A stretch of 63,905 bases of DNA, filler included, from Candidatus Tectimicrobiota bacterium (GCA_016193065.1; 6 parts of 6 records of this genome joined end to end with filler, not necessarily neighbours in it), one strand, 5' to 3'; positions 9,224-19,679 are shown, counted from the first letter of the whole stretch. The notes: generated by a model from the sequence alone, not told the origin. Numbers and translations: made by a program.

Positions 9224-10822
9224 ATGCGGAGAAGAAAGCTGGTCACTCAGCGACCGATGGTTCAGCGGAACGATCTGATCGGCCTCGGCAAGGAGAAGCT
9301 TGCCGAGCTTCTGGCCGAGCAGATATCGAGCCTGCCGTATCACCGGCAGAAGCAGTGGGTCCGGAGCCATCTGCCTGACAGGGCCAAAGACACGTCCGCT
9401 TCGGAGTCCCGGCGGGCCTCCCTGTTCGATGAAATCGAGGAGTTCTGCGCCCAATCCCGTTCCGGATCGTTCGTCTCCTGGGAGGACGATTATGGATGGG
9501 ACGACAGATATGGCGAGAGCGGCGATCATGAGAAATTCGAAGAGTGGATCGAGCTCTTTACCGATCTCATGAAAGGGGCGTTGGAACTCACCCGGTCGGG
9601 CCGGCACACGGAGGCGGCCGAAGCCTATCGGAAGCTCCTTGGGCTTCTCAAGGAGGCCGGGCAGACCACGGACATTCTTGGCAACCACGGCGCCCCCCAG
9701 GATTCGATCGATCTGGACTTCAGCAAGGTCATTGAAGCCTACGCCCGAAGCCTTCTGGCATCGCCCTCCGGCCAAAGCGTGGACGAGGTCATCACGGAGG
9801 TCCTCCCGGTGGCAAAGAAGTACCGGTACGTCGAGGGCTTCACGGGACTGGCCGGGGCGCTGGACGTGCAAGGAAGAGAGCGGCTCAAGGAGCGGTTGTC
9901 AAGGGCAGTGGAGGAGGGGCTGAAGGCAGACCGGCCGTACTGTCCCGATGAGGTGGAGGGCCTGATCGCTCTGGCCAGGGTCGGGAAGAATCAGACCGAG
10001 GTCCTCGCTCTCAAGGAACGGTTTGCATCCCGGAACGCCGTCTATCTGCGAGAGGTTCTCTCCCATTATGAACGAAAGAAGGACTGGAACGGCGTGGCCC
10101 GGCTGGCTCAGATGGGGGTCAAGCACTTCGGCCACCATGGGGAGTTTGCCAAGGCCCTCATCAAGGCCCGCGAGGCTCTCGGGGATCCGTCGGCCGCCCA
10201 GGAGGCCCAGATTGCGCACTTCCTGCAAGAACCCGGCGCCGCCGAGTTCGCGGCGCTGAGGCGGCGGTCGGAGGCTCTTTCCAACTGGGACGCGGTGTTC
10301 GAGAAACTCCTGCGGGCCTCAGCGTCGTGGCTGAAAACCCAACTCCTCCTGGCCGAGGGCAAAGAGCGTGAGGTTTTGGAAGGAGCCGTAGGACGGCAGA
10401 GTCGGATGGATCTTGACGGGATCAAACTTGTGGCTAAATATGCCGTCGCCAGACTGTCGGAGGGAGTGGACCTCGCCGGGTTCAAAAAGCTCGAGGAGCT
10501 TCAGAAGAGGCTCACGCGGGACAAAGATGAATCGTACGACTGGCTCCGTCTGATCTTCCAGAAACCCGGAACCTTGACTCGGGGCGAGTATGCGAGCTTG
10601 GCCGGTGGCATGTACCGCCGGCTCGTTGATGTCCACCTCAACTCCGGTAAGTCCTCACGGGCTGCACCGGCCGCTCATTACTGCGCCATTGTGGCCGAGC
10701 TCTCCCGGTTACTGGACGAGCCGGGATTGTGGGCGGATCTTCTGGGGCACCTCAAGCAACTCCACGGGAAGAAACGGCTCATCTGGGAAAAACTCAAGGC
10801 TGAGGGGTGTCCACTTGCGTGA
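9224..10822 (+). CDS. Hypothetical alpha-helical (TPR-like) protein
   Basis: 532-aa ORF with coding-like codon usage; helical repeat-like composition; start uncertain. Confidence 0.7.
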   Translation: MRRRKLVTQRPMVQRNDLIGLGKEKLAELLAEQISSLPYHRQKQWVRSHLPDRAKDTSASESRRASLFDEIEEFCAQSRSGSFVSWEDDYGWDDRYGESGDHEKFEEWIELFTDLMKGALELTRSGRHTEAAEAYRKLLGLLKEAGQTTDILGNHGAPQDSIDLDFSKVIEAYARSLLASPSGQSVDEVITEVLPVAKKYRYVEGFTGLAGALDVQGRERLKERLSRAVEEGLKADRPYCPDEVEGLIALARVGKNQTEVLALKERFASRNAVYLREVLSHYERKKDWNGVARLAQMGVKHFGHHGEFAKALIKAREALGDPSAAQEAQIAHFLQEPGAAEFAALRRRSEALSNWDAVFEKLLRASASWLKTQLLLAEGKEREVLEGAVGRQSRMDLDGIKLVAKYAVARLSEGVDLAGFKKLEELQKRLTRDKDESYDWLRLIFQKPGTLTRGEYASLAGGMYRRLVDVHLNSGKSSRAAPAAHYCAIVAELSRLLDEPGLWADLLGHLKQLHGKKRLIWEKLKAEGCPLA

Positions 10823-10889
10823 CCGGTTTCGGCGGTCATCATTCGCTGACGTTCCTGGTGACACCTACCGGCTCGGGCAGGAGTAAAAC

Positions 10890-11228
10890 ATGGCCAGACC
10901 CAGGAAAACCAAGAGGGCCAGTCGCCGCCTCCGGGAACTGATCGAAGAAGCCATTGTAGACTGCTATACGGAGGACGAGGAGCACGGGGGGTTTTTGGTG
11001 ATGTTTCAGGAGCACATTGCCTGCCCGTTCAAGGCGCTCGTGGTCGGGGAGGAAGTGGAGGTCCGGGACCTCGACTGGGATGGGTCCCCACAGGGGATCG
11101 TGGCCATCTGCCGGCGGAAGGGGCGTACCTACCGGGTCAACGCGACCGCCCTCGATTGGTCCGCCCGCCCACCGGTCGGCGCAGAATGGTTCGATGCCTA
11201 CCGGGCCTGGCTGAAGGGCAATTGGTAG
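10890..11228 (+). CDS. CcbP-like calcium-binding family protein
   Basis: IEEAIVDCYTEDEE, CPFKALVVGEEV, WFDAYRAW pattern; AGGAG RBS. Confidence 0.75.
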   Translation: MARPRKTKRASRRLRELIEEAIVDCYTEDEEHGGFLVMFQEHIACPFKALVVGEEVEVRDLDWDGSPQGIVAICRRKGRTYRVNATALDWSARPPVGAEWFDAYRAWLKGNW

Positions 11229-11402
11229 TGGAGGCATTCGAGATGAGTCGGCTGCGTTCGAAACTCCAGCTTCGACCGGCTCTTGCTTCAGGCGCAGTTC
11301 TTTTCTGCTTTGCGGAACGGTATAATAGTTGGGAGTTCCGATTGCCCAGAGATAGCTTTCGCCTGCGAGTGTGATTGACCTCTGACCAAAGGAGTCTTCA
11401 CC

Positions 11403-12425
11403 ATGTTCACCTTTTGCCGAACTCTGTCCCACCGGGCGCTGCTGCAGCTTGCGGTGCTCGGTTTCTGCTCTCTGTCCCTTGTTTCCGGCGCTTCGGCGGC
11501 GGACAAGCTGACGGTGGCATGGACTGCCGTGGCCGGCTCCCAGGCCCCCCTGTGGGTTACGAAGGACGCCGGTCTTTTCGAGAAGAACGGGATCGACGCT
11601 TTCCTGATTTACATCGATGGGGGATCCAAGGCCGCCCAGGCCATGCTGGCCGGGGATGTTCCGTTAGCCGAAGTCGGCGGGAACGCTACCGTGGTTGCCC
11701 GTCTCAAGGGGGCTGACATCCTGTTGATCATGGGCCTCACGAACAAACTCGCTTACTCCCTGATCGTCAGCCCCCAGATTAAACGCCCGGAGGATCTGCG
11801 GGGGAAAAAGCTCACTGTGAGCCGCTTCGGCTCCAATTCGGATTACGCGACCAGGAAGATTCTTCTGAAGTGGGGGTTGCAGCCGGATAAGGACGTGGCC
11901 ATCATCCAGATCCCCGGCGGACAGCCGACCCGGCTGGGAGCACTTCAGGCAGGGCAGGTCGCGGGGCTTGTGGCCCAGCCTCCCGTTACGGCCATCGCCC
12001 GGAAAACGGGCTATCCGATTCTGGCGGGTCCGGAAGACTTCGGGACGGATTATCCCACCACCCCCGTGGCCGCCCTGGGTTCCTTCACGAAGGAGAAGCC
12101 CGACGTGGTCCGGCGCTTTGTGAAGGCCATGGTGGAAGGGATCCACACGTACAAGACGAAAAAGGAGTTCAGCATCCAGGTCATCAGCAAATACATGCGG
12201 GTCAAAGACCAGGAAGCCCTGGAGGACAGCTACGCGTTTTTCGCTCCTCTGGTTCCCGAGAAGCCTTACCCAACGGTGAAAGGCGTGGCGGAAGCTCTGG
12301 AGGAACTGGGTGCCAAGGACCCCAAGGCGCGCAGCGCCAGGCCCGAGGACTTCGTCGATATGCGTTTCGTCAAGGAGCTCGATGAAAGCGGCTTCGTTGA
12401 CCAGCTCTACCGAGGGAGGAGGTGA
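11403..12425 (+). CDS. ABC-type substrate-binding protein, NMT1/THI5/SsuA-like
   Basis: Signal peptide, GLFEKNGI, EDLRGK, SRFGSNSD motifs. Confidence 0.88.
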   Translation: MFTFCRTLSHRALLQLAVLGFCSLSLVSGASAADKLTVAWTAVAGSQAPLWVTKDAGLFEKNGIDAFLIYIDGGSKAAQAMLAGDVPLAEVGGNATVVARLKGADILLIMGLTNKLAYSLIVSPQIKRPEDLRGKKLTVSRFGSNSDYATRKILLKWGLQPDKDVAIIQIPGGQPTRLGALQAGQVAGLVAQPPVTAIARKTGYPILAGPEDFGTDYPTTPVAALGSFTKEKPDVVRRFVKAMVEGIHTYKTKKEFSIQVISKYMRVKDQEALEDSYAFFAPLVPEKPYPTVKGVAEALEELGAKDPKARSARPEDFVDMRFVKELDESGFVDQLYRGRR

Positions 12426-12426
12426 G

Positions 12427-13110
12427 ATGACGACGAGCGACTGGAAAGAGCTGCGCGGCAAGCTTGCCTCCGCCTCCCGGATTCTGTACCGGGAGGGCGT
12501 GGTGGAGGGGTTCGGGCACATCAGCGCCCGCGTTCCCGGCACGGACACGTTTCTCATCCCCCGGCGGATGAGTCCCGCCCTGGTGACCGAGGCCGACCTG
12601 TTGCTGATGAACGTCCGGGGAGAAATTCTGGAAGGAGACGGTCTTCCCAATTCGGAGTCTCACATCCACTCCTCGGTGTACAAAAGGCGTCCCGACGTGG
12701 GGAGCGTGGCTCACACCCACGCTCCCATGGCGACGGTCCTGAGCAACTTCGGCAAGCCGCTGCGGTTTCTGAACAACCACGCCTGCGTTTTCGCCGAAGG
12801 GGTTCCCCTCTTCCACGGGGTCGGTCATATCGATACGGTGCAGATCGGAGACGAGATGGCCGCGGTCATGGGAAATTGCGGCGGCTTGTTTCTGAGGGCT
12901 CACGGCACCGTGACGGCGGGCAAAACCGTCGAGGAGGCGACGATTCTGGCCCTGTACCTGGAGGAAGCCAGCCGCCTGCAATACCAGTGCCTGCTGATCG
13001 GCGAGGATTTCACCTCCATCAGCCCCGAGGAGGCCAGAGCCATCAAGCCGAAGGTCCTGAACCCGACCACGATGGCCCGGGGGTGGGACTACTATCTGTC
13101 CAGGCTCTAG
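12427..13110 (+). CDS. Class II aldolase/adducin family protein
   Basis: GHISAR, ESHIHSSVY, HTH, LRAHG metal-binding motifs. Confidence 0.9.
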   Translation: MTTSDWKELRGKLASASRILYREGVVEGFGHISARVPGTDTFLIPRRMSPALVTEADLLLMNVRGEILEGDGLPNSESHIHSSVYKRRPDVGSVAHTHAPMATVLSNFGKPLRFLNNHACVFAEGVPLFHGVGHIDTVQIGDEMAAVMGNCGGLFLRAHGTVTAGKTVEEATILALYLEEASRLQYQCLLIGEDFTSISPEEARAIKPKVLNPTTMARGWDYYLSRL

Positions 13111-13242
13111 GAACATGCTGAAAGAGCCTTTTTCGTGGTTCGACAAGCTCACCACGAACGGAAAAAGATCAATAATTTCAAGCTCCTTTCCGTTCGCCCT
13201 GAGCATAGTCGAAGGGCGAACGGAGGGTTTTTCAGTACCCTC
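13111..13242. repeat. Degenerate MITE-like element (family D), reverse copy of 25235-25418
   Basis: Shares TTCGTGGTTCGACAAGCTCACCACGAACGG core and GCTGAAA...TTTTCAG ends. Confidence 0.65.
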
Positions 13243-13386
13243 CCCGGAAAAGAGATGAGCGATCAGCCTTCAGCCAGACCCCCGCCCAACCCTCCCCGAG
13301 GGGGAGGGGGGGGGTGGGGGTGACTTTCTGGTGAGTGCTGACGTAGGAAGGTTGCCGGTTATTCCGGGCATGGGAGTTTTAAGTTC

Positions 13387-15237
13387 ATGGAAAAGAAACA
13401 GCAGAGTTTTTCCCTCTGGTATTTTCTCATCGCCTTCTTTTTTGTCCTCTTGCTCCAGAACTATCTTTTTACCCCCCGCGTGGCCAATCTAACCTACAGC
13501 GAGTTTAAGGAATTGGTTCGCCGGGGCCTGGTGAAAGAGGTGGTCATCGAACAGGAGGTGATCCGGGGCGAGCTCAAGATGGAAAACCTGGAAGGAGTCC
13601 TCCCTCCGAAAAAGGTCGAGGAGTTCGGAAAGATGGGGGAAGGGGACCGGAGGTTCTTCTCAGTGCGGGTTGAGGACCCGGGCCTGATCGGCGACCTGGA
13701 GGAGGCGGAGGTAAAGTTTACGGGGGTCAGGATAAACACCTGGTTTCGCACGATCCTTTCCTGGGTGCTTCCGGCTCTTATCTTCGTGGGGATCTGGGTC
13801 CTGCTCATGCGCCGGTTCTCTGCCGGCAGCGGGCTGATGGCCATCGGCAAGAGCAAGGCCAAGGTCTATGTGGAGAAAGAAACCGGAGTCACCTTTGCGG
13901 ATGTGGCGGGGGTGGACGAGGCCAAGGAGGAGGTCCAGGAGATTGTCGAGTTATTGAAGAACCCGCAGCGCTACGGCCGGCTGGGGGGGAAAAATCCCAA
14001 AGGGGTTCTCCTGGTGGGGGTGCCGGGAACGGGAAAAACTCTGCTGGCCCGAGCCATCGCCGGAGAGGCCGGTGTCCCTTTCTTCAGCATGAGCGGATCG
14101 AGCTTCGTGGAGATGTTCGTGGGGGTGGGCGCGGCGCGGGTGCGGGATCTGTTTGCCCAGGCCCAGGCCTCGGCCCCCTGCATCATCTTCATTGACGAGC
14201 TGGACGCCCTCGGCAAGGCCCGCTCGGCGGGACCCACTCTCGGGGGACACGACGAAAGGGAACAGACCCTGAACCAGCTCCTGACCGAGATGGACGGCTT
14301 TGACCCCCGCAAAGGGGTCATTATCCTGGCGGCGACGAACCGCCCGGAAATCCTGGATCCGGCCCTGCTCCGGGCCGGCCGGTTTGATCGACACGTCCTG
14401 GTGGACCGCCCTGATATCAACGGCCGGGAGGCTATTTTAAAGGTGCATGCAAAAGGAGCGAAGCTGGCGTCGGAGGTCAACCTGCGCGAGATTGCCGCCA
14501 AGACCGTAGGGTTTGTGGGGGCCGACCTGGCCAACCTGGTGAACGAGGCGGCCCTGCTGGCGGCCCGCAGGGACAAGGAAGCCATCGACATGAAGGACTT
14601 CAGTGAGGCGATCGACCGGATCGTTGCCGGCCTGGAGAAGAAGAATCGCCTGCTGAACCCCCGCGAACGGGAGGTGGTGGCCTACCATGAAGCGGGCCAC
14701 GCCCTCATCGCGACCGCGCTGCCGGGGGCCGATCCGGTCAGCAAGATCTCGATCATCCCGCGGGGGATTGCGGCCCTGGGTTATACGCAGCAGCTCCCCA
14801 CGGAAGACCGCTACCTGATGCTGCAGTCCGAGCTGGAGACCCGGATCTCCGTTTTGCTCGGCGGGCGGGTGGCCGAGGAGATTATTTTCGAGGACGTCTC
14901 GACCGGTGCCCAGAACGATCTGCAGCGGGTCAGCGACATTGCCCGCCGGATGGTCACCGATTACGGCATGAGCAAGGAACTGGGGCTCATCTCGTATGAC
15001 AACCGGAGTCAGCACTCGTTCCTGCCCATGGTCTCTCCTGGGGTTCGGGAGTACAGCGAGGATACGGCCCAGCGGATCGATCAAGCCGTGGCGAGAATCG
15101 TCGCCGAAGCTCACGACCGGGTCAAACAACTCTTGCAGGAGCGTCGGGGCAAGCTGGAAACGCTGGCCAAGACTCTGCTGGACCGCGAAGTCCTGGAGGG
15201 CAAGGATCTGGAAGAGATCCTCCGTATGAGTGCTTAA
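13387..15237 (+). CDS. ftsH: ATP-dependent zinc metalloprotease FtsH
   Basis: 2 TM segments, Walker [23 protein letters not shown]. Confidence 0.97.
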   Translation: MEKKQQSFSLWYFLIAFFFVLLLQNYLFTPRVANLTYSEFKELVRRGLVKEVVIEQEVIRGELKMENLEGVLPPKKVEEFGKMGEGDRRFFSVRVEDPGLIGDLEEAEVKFTGVRINTWFRTILSWVLPALIFVGIWVLLMRRFSAGSGLMAIGKSKAKVYVEKETGVTFADVAGVDEAKEEVQEIVELLKNPQRYGRLGGKNPKGVLLVGVPGTGKTLLARAIAGEAGVPFFSMSGSSFVEMFVGVGAARVRDLFAQAQASAPCIIFIDELDALGKARSAGPTLGGHDEREQTLNQLLTEMDGFDPRKGVIILAATNRPEILDPALLRAGRFDRHVLVDRPDINGREAILKVHAKGAKLASEVNLREIAAKTVGFVGADLANLVNEAALLAARRDKEAIDMKDFSEAIDRIVAGLEKKNRLLNPREREVVAYHEAGHALIATALPGADPVSKISIIPRGIAALGYTQQLPTEDRYLMLQSELETRISVLLGGRVAEEIIFEDVSTGAQNDLQRVSDIARRMVTDYGMSKELGLISYDNRSQHSFLPMVSPGVREYSEDTAQRIDQAVARIVAEAHDRVKQLLQERRGKLETLAKTLLDREVLEGKDLEEILRMSA

Positions 15238-15428
15238 AGAACTGGCTTGCTTTGGAGTTTCATGCTCCCCGCGCAGGTGTGTCTGGGAAAAAGAGGGTGA
15301 GGTGTGCGCGTCGCAAGGGTTCCGCCTGAAACAAGCCTAGAATACCCTCTTGACTTTCTCTGCCCCCAACTTTAATCTATAATCTATCCACAAGTAAATT
15401 CTTGTCACTCACTAGGGAGGGTTCTGAC

Positions 15429-16418
15429 ATGTTAAGGCGTATTCTAACTGCGCTTATAATTTCGGCTCTGATCATCGTCCCATTCTTCGGTCACGCACAG
15501 CCGATTCGAATTAGTTATGGCGGAACATCAGGATTTGGCACGCCCTTGCTGCTTACCCTTCAGATGGGCCTTTTTAAAAAGCACGGGATAGATTTAGAGC
15601 ATATACTCATGCCGGGAATGGGTGTACAAGCGCTATTAGCCCGTGAGGTTCAATTTGCTCACCCCGGAGCGGCCCCCGCAATCTATGCAGCGCTTCAAGG
15701 GGCTGACGTTGTCATGGTGGCCTCGTATTATAACGTCCTACCTTACAGCCTTGTAGTTCATGAGAATATTGTCAATCCCCTAGATCTGAAGGGAAAAAAG
15801 GTTGCGATTTCTCGTGTAGGAGGTATCGACGACTTCTCCGTTCAGCTTGCATTTAAGAAACTTGGCTTGGCTCCCAAGGATACCGCACTTATTCAAGTAG
15901 GCGCAGATGCGGAAAGAATTGCGGCAGTTCGGTCCGGCGCTGCGGCGGCCACGGTCAACGCTCCGCCAGCAGTTTTCACTGCTCAAAAGCTGGGCCTGAA
16001 GGTGCTGGTAGACCTTGGTGAACTGGACATTCCTTATCCTATAGGAGTGGTGGTCACGACGCGTTCCTATTTGTCCGAGAACCGCGCTACCGCCAAGCGT
16101 TTCCTCATGGCGCTTGTTGAAGGGCTAGATATCTACGTCTATGAGAAGGACGTTGCGCTGAGCGTTATGGCGAAGCTTACAAGAATGAGAGACCAAGACC
16201 TATTGTCTAAGTCCTATGACTATTTCGCCAAGGGTATGTCCCTAGTTCCTTTATTGAACCCCACTGCCGTGGAAAATGCCCTATTGGGCGCTGGTGCGAG
16301 CGGCCGTGATGTTGGGAAATTCTATGACAATTCGGTGCTGCAAGAGTTGGTGAAAGAGGGATTTATAGATCGGATTGCCAAAAATCGGATTGCCAAAAAA
16401 CGGAGCGGTGGGTCGTGA
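15429..16418 (+). CDS. ABC-type substrate-binding protein, NMT1/THI5/SsuA-like
   Basis: Signal peptide, GLFKKHGI, DLKGKKVAISR motifs; GGAGG RBS. Confidence 0.85.
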   Translation: MLRRILTALIISALIIVPFFGHAQPIRISYGGTSGFGTPLLLTLQMGLFKKHGIDLEHILMPGMGVQALLAREVQFAHPGAAPAIYAALQGADVVMVASYYNVLPYSLVVHENIVNPLDLKGKKVAISRVGGIDDFSVQLAFKKLGLAPKDTALIQVGADAERIAAVRSGAAAATVNAPPAVFTAQKLGLKVLVDLGELDIPYPIGVVVTTRSYLSENRATAKRFLMALVEGLDIYVYEKDVALSVMAKLTRMRDQDLLSKSYDYFAKGMSLVPLLNPTAVENALLGAGASGRDVGKFYDNSVLQELVKEGFIDRIAKNRIAKKRSGGS

Positions 16419-16705
16419 CAATGAATCTTGAGCCTGAAGTGACAAGTTTAGTAAAGAACACACAGATGTGCTCCACGATTTGGGGCGACTCCCACGATAT
16501 TATAAATCGTATGATGGTTTTGAGAAGGATTGAATTGGTCCTTTGCTTTCCAATCGAAGAGAACCTGCAGATTGCTAACCCTAAATCCGAGCAGCCCGCG
16601 GATATGAGGTTACCCTGCGGCAACGAGTTCTTAGAGTTTGTTAATAACCTGCACATTGTAAGAGATGAGCTTTGACTTATAAATTTATGGAAGGGAGGAT
16701 GTTCC

Positions 16706-17143
16706 ATGCAGCAAGCTGGTAAGATGTTTGTTTCGAAGTTCAAGGAAATACGTCCGCATTGGTCACAGCCGGGTGGGCCGGGCACCCAGATGGCGACGAA
16801 CACACTCGTCGGTGGCCCTCCACCTTACCTTCACTGGGATCGTGATAGGGGGATCGTTTGTGATTCCTGCGCGGCTGGGACCTTTCTTCTTCCTCGTGAC
16901 TGCATTCAAGTCCTCCACCGCCATCCAGTCGATGAGGTGTATGTACTAGTCCGAGGAAGAGCTACATTCAGGAGCGATGAAGGACCGGAGATTGAGGCGG
17001 AGCCGTTTGACTGCATGTACGCACCAGCAGGGGTCTACCACGCAGCAAGGAACATAGGACTGGAAGATGCGTGGATCATTTGGTTCTGGGTAGGGTTGTG
17101 TAGACCCGAAGACTTTGAAATATACCCCGACGCGTCCAAGTAG
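16706..17143 (+). CDS. Cupin domain protein
   Basis: HRHPVDEVY and PAGVYH cupin motifs; GGAGG RBS. Confidence 0.8.
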   Translation: MQQAGKMFVSKFKEIRPHWSQPGGPGTQMATNTLVGGPPPYLHWDRDRGIVCDSCAAGTFLLPRDCIQVLHRHPVDEVYVLVRGRATFRSDEGPEIEAEPFDCMYAPAGVYHAARNIGLEDAWIIWFWVGLCRPEDFEIYPDASK

Positions 17144-17224
17144 CGGTCATACATTTATAGCATCCTTTTGACAAGAGCCGCGGAGCGGGCGATGTTGAGG
17201 CCTGTCGCCAAAGGAGTCAAAGCC

Positions 17225-18220
17225 ATGGAGAAGGCCACCCTCCTCTCCCTCTATCGTACCATGCGGCTGATCCGCCGGTTCGAGGAGCGGATCGTCGAGC
17301 TGATCAACCGCAACGAGATCCCGGGCGTGACGCACGAGTATGTCGGGGAGGAAGCGGTCGCCACCGGCGTGTGCTCGGTGCTTCGGCCGGACGACGTGAT
17401 CACGTCGACCCACCGCGGGCACGGCCACATCCTGGCGAAGGGCGGCCAGCCGCGCCGGATGATTGCCGAGCTGATGGGGCGCGAGAGCGGCTACAACCGT
17501 GGCCGCGGCGGCTCGATGCACATCGCCGACCTCTCGCTCGGCATCTACGGCGCCAACGGCATCGTGGGCGCCGGCGCCCCGATCGCCTGCGGCGCGGCAT
17601 TCGCCGCGAAGCTGAACGGCAAGGATCGCGTGGCCGTGGCGTTCTTCGGTGATGGCGCCACGAACCAGGGCGTCGTCCACGAGGCCATGAACCTCGCCGC
17701 GATCTGGTCTCTGCCGGTGATCTTCGTCTGCGAGAACAACGGCTACGCCATCAGCGCGTCCATCAAGGAGATGGCGACCATCGAGCGGCTCTCGGATCGC
17801 GCGCGCGGCTACGGCATGCCGGGCGAGTGGGTGGACGGCATGGATGTGCTGGCCGTCCGCGGCGCGGCCGAGAAGGCGGTGGCGCACGCGCGACGCGGCG
17901 AGGGGCCGACGTTCCTCGAGTGCCGCACCTATCGCTTCGTCGGCCACTTCACCGCCGAGCGGGCGCTCAACATCCGCTACCGGGGCGACGAGGAGATCGC
18001 AGAGTGGCGCAAGCGCGACCCGGTCGAGACCTTCCCGGCCTGGCTCGAGCGCGAGGGCATCGCGACGGCGGCAGAGACCGAAGGGGTGCGTCGCGAGGTG
18101 GAGGGCGCGTTGGAAGATGCCATCGCCTTCGCGCGCGCGAGCCCGTTCCCCCAGGGCGAGGAAGCGCTCGACGGGATGTACGCGACGTCCTATCCCAACC
18201 TGCCGGCGAGAGGGGTCTAG
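17225..18220 (+). CDS. TPP-dependent dehydrogenase E1 alpha (acetoin/pyruvate dehydrogenase-like)
   Basis: STHRGHGH, GGSMH, GDGA...ENNGY, YRFVGH motifs. Confidence 0.93.
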   Translation: MEKATLLSLYRTMRLIRRFEERIVELINRNEIPGVTHEYVGEEAVATGVCSVLRPDDVITSTHRGHGHILAKGGQPRRMIAELMGRESGYNRGRGGSMHIADLSLGIYGANGIVGAGAPIACGAAFAAKLNGKDRVAVAFFGDGATNQGVVHEAMNLAAIWSLPVIFVCENNGYAISASIKEMATIERLSDRARGYGMPGEWVDGMDVLAVRGAAEKAVAHARRGEGPTFLECRTYRFVGHFTAERALNIRYRGDEEIAEWRKRDPVETFPAWLEREGIATAAETEGVRREVEGALEDAIAFARASPFPQGEEALDGMYATSYPNLPARGV

Positions 18221-18222
18221 CC

Positions 18223-19194
18223 ATGCGAGAGATCCGTTACCTCGAGGCCCTGAGCGAGGCGCTGCGGGAGGAGATGCGGCGCGACCCGCGGGTCGTCGTG
18301 ATCGGCGAGGACATCCGCCACAGCCTGCGTGGGATGACGAAGGGCATCCTCCAGGAGTTCGGTCCAAATCGGATCTTCGACACGCCGATCTCGGAGGCCG
18401 GGTTCACCGGACTCGCCACCGGCGCCGCCATGGCCGGGATGCGGCCCGTCGTCGAGTTCCAGATCAACGCGTTGCTCTTCCTGGCGTTCGACCAGCTCGT
18501 CGACCAGGCGCTCAAGCTCCGCTACATGATGGGCGGACAGGGGAAGGTCCCGGTGACTTACATTCTTCCAGCATCCGGCGCGCGCCCCGGCCTGGCCGGA
18601 CAGCACGCGGATCATCCGTACCCGCTCCTGCTCCACATGGGGATGAAGGCTGCCATGCCCTCGACGCCGCGTGATGCGAAGGGCCTGTTCACGGCGGCCC
18701 TGCGCGACGACGATCCGGTGATGATATTCGCGCCAGCCGCGCTCGGCGGGACGCGGGGGCCGGTGCCGGAGGGCGACTTCGTGATTCAGCTCGGGCAGGC
18801 GGAGGTGAAGCGGAAGGGCAACGACATGACGATCGTCGCAGTCGGGCCGCTCGTCCCCGCCGCGCTCAAGGTCGCCGAGGAGCTGGCGGGCGACGGAATC
18901 TCGGCGGAGGTTGTCGATCCGCGGAGCCTGTTGCCGATCGACCACGAGACGATCGTCGGCTCCGTGAGGAAGACGGGCCGCGTGGTGATCTTCGACGACT
19001 CGAACCGCACGTGCGGCTTCGCCGCCGAGCTGGCGGCGATCATCGCCGACGAGGCCTTCGAGTCACTGCGCGCTCCGGTGAAGCGCGTCACTCGCGCCGA
19101 CGTGCCGGTGCCGTTCAGCCCGCCGCTCGAGAACTATGTGTTGCCGACGCGCGACAAGCTCCTCGCCAAGTGCCGCGCGCTCGCGAAAGCCTAG
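18223..19194 (+). CDS. TPP-dependent dehydrogenase E1 beta
   Basis: IGEDI, DTPISEAG, GMRPVVE, VDPRSL, SVRKTGR motifs. Confidence 0.93.
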   Translation: MREIRYLEALSEALREEMRRDPRVVVIGEDIRHSLRGMTKGILQEFGPNRIFDTPISEAGFTGLATGAAMAGMRPVVEFQINALLFLAFDQLVDQALKLRYMMGGQGKVPVTYILPASGARPGLAGQHADHPYPLLLHMGMKAAMPSTPRDAKGLFTAALRDDDPVMIFAPAALGGTRGPVPEGDFVIQLGQAEVKRKGNDMTIVAVGPLVPAALKVAEELAGDGISAEVVDPRSLLPIDHETIVGSVRKTGRVVIFDDSNRTCGFAAELAAIIADEAFESLRAPVKRVTRADVPVPFSPPLENYVLPTRDKLLAKCRALAKA

Positions 19195-19245
19195 GAGCCA
19201 GGAGCCAAATTGATGAACACCGAGCCAACACTGGCGCTGTAGAAC

Positions 19246-19485
19246 ATGCACGAGATCAGGATTCCGAAGCTGGGCATGGACACAACGGAGGCCGAGGTCA
19301 AGACCTGGCTGGTGAACGTCGGCGACCGGGTCGACGTGGGCGCGCCGCTGCTCGAGGTGGAGACAGAGAAGGCCGAGGTCGTCATCGAGGCCGAGGTGGC
19401 CGGGATGGTCCGCGAGATCCGCGCGCCGGCCGGCCAGGTCGTTCCCATCGGCGACATCGTCGGTCTCATCGACGACCAGGCCTGA
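19246..19485 (+). CDS. Stand-alone lipoyl/biotinyl attachment domain protein
   Basis: PKLG...ETEKA lipoyl-lysine motif, 79 aa with its own stop. Confidence 0.88.
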   Translation: MHEIRIPKLGMDTTEAEVKTWLVNVGDRVDVGAPLLEVETEKAEVVIEAEVAGMVREIRAPAGQVVPIGDIVGLIDDQA

Positions 19486-19492
19486 GGTCTCC

Positions 19493-19585
19493 GTGAAGCT
19501 CGCCGAGGGCGACTGGTACCGCGTGCTCGCCATCAACCTCACCGGCGTCTTTCTGGCGTGCCGAGTCGCGGGACGGCGAAAGGTG
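19493..19585 (+). pseudogene. Internal fragment of an SDR gene
   Basis: Translates as VKLAEGDWYRVLAINLTGVFLACR (SDR NxxG helix). Confidence 0.6.
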
Positions 19586-19634
19586 GCCCGCCGGATGGTC
19601 ACCGATTACGGCATGAGCAAGGAACTGGGGCTCA
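19586..19634 (+). repeat. 49-bp exact duplicate of ftsH 14941-14989
   Basis: GCCCGCCGGATGGTCACCGATTACGGCATGAGCAAGGAACTGGGGCTCA is identical at both sites. Confidence 0.95.
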
Positions 19635-19679
19635 GTGTGCCCGGGAACGAATAAAACCGTGCTTGCAAGGGGGTAGCTC

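Noticed and set aside
16415-16675. 86-aa ORF overlapping the SBP stop
   Set aside because: No recognisable motif; cannot support it as a gene.
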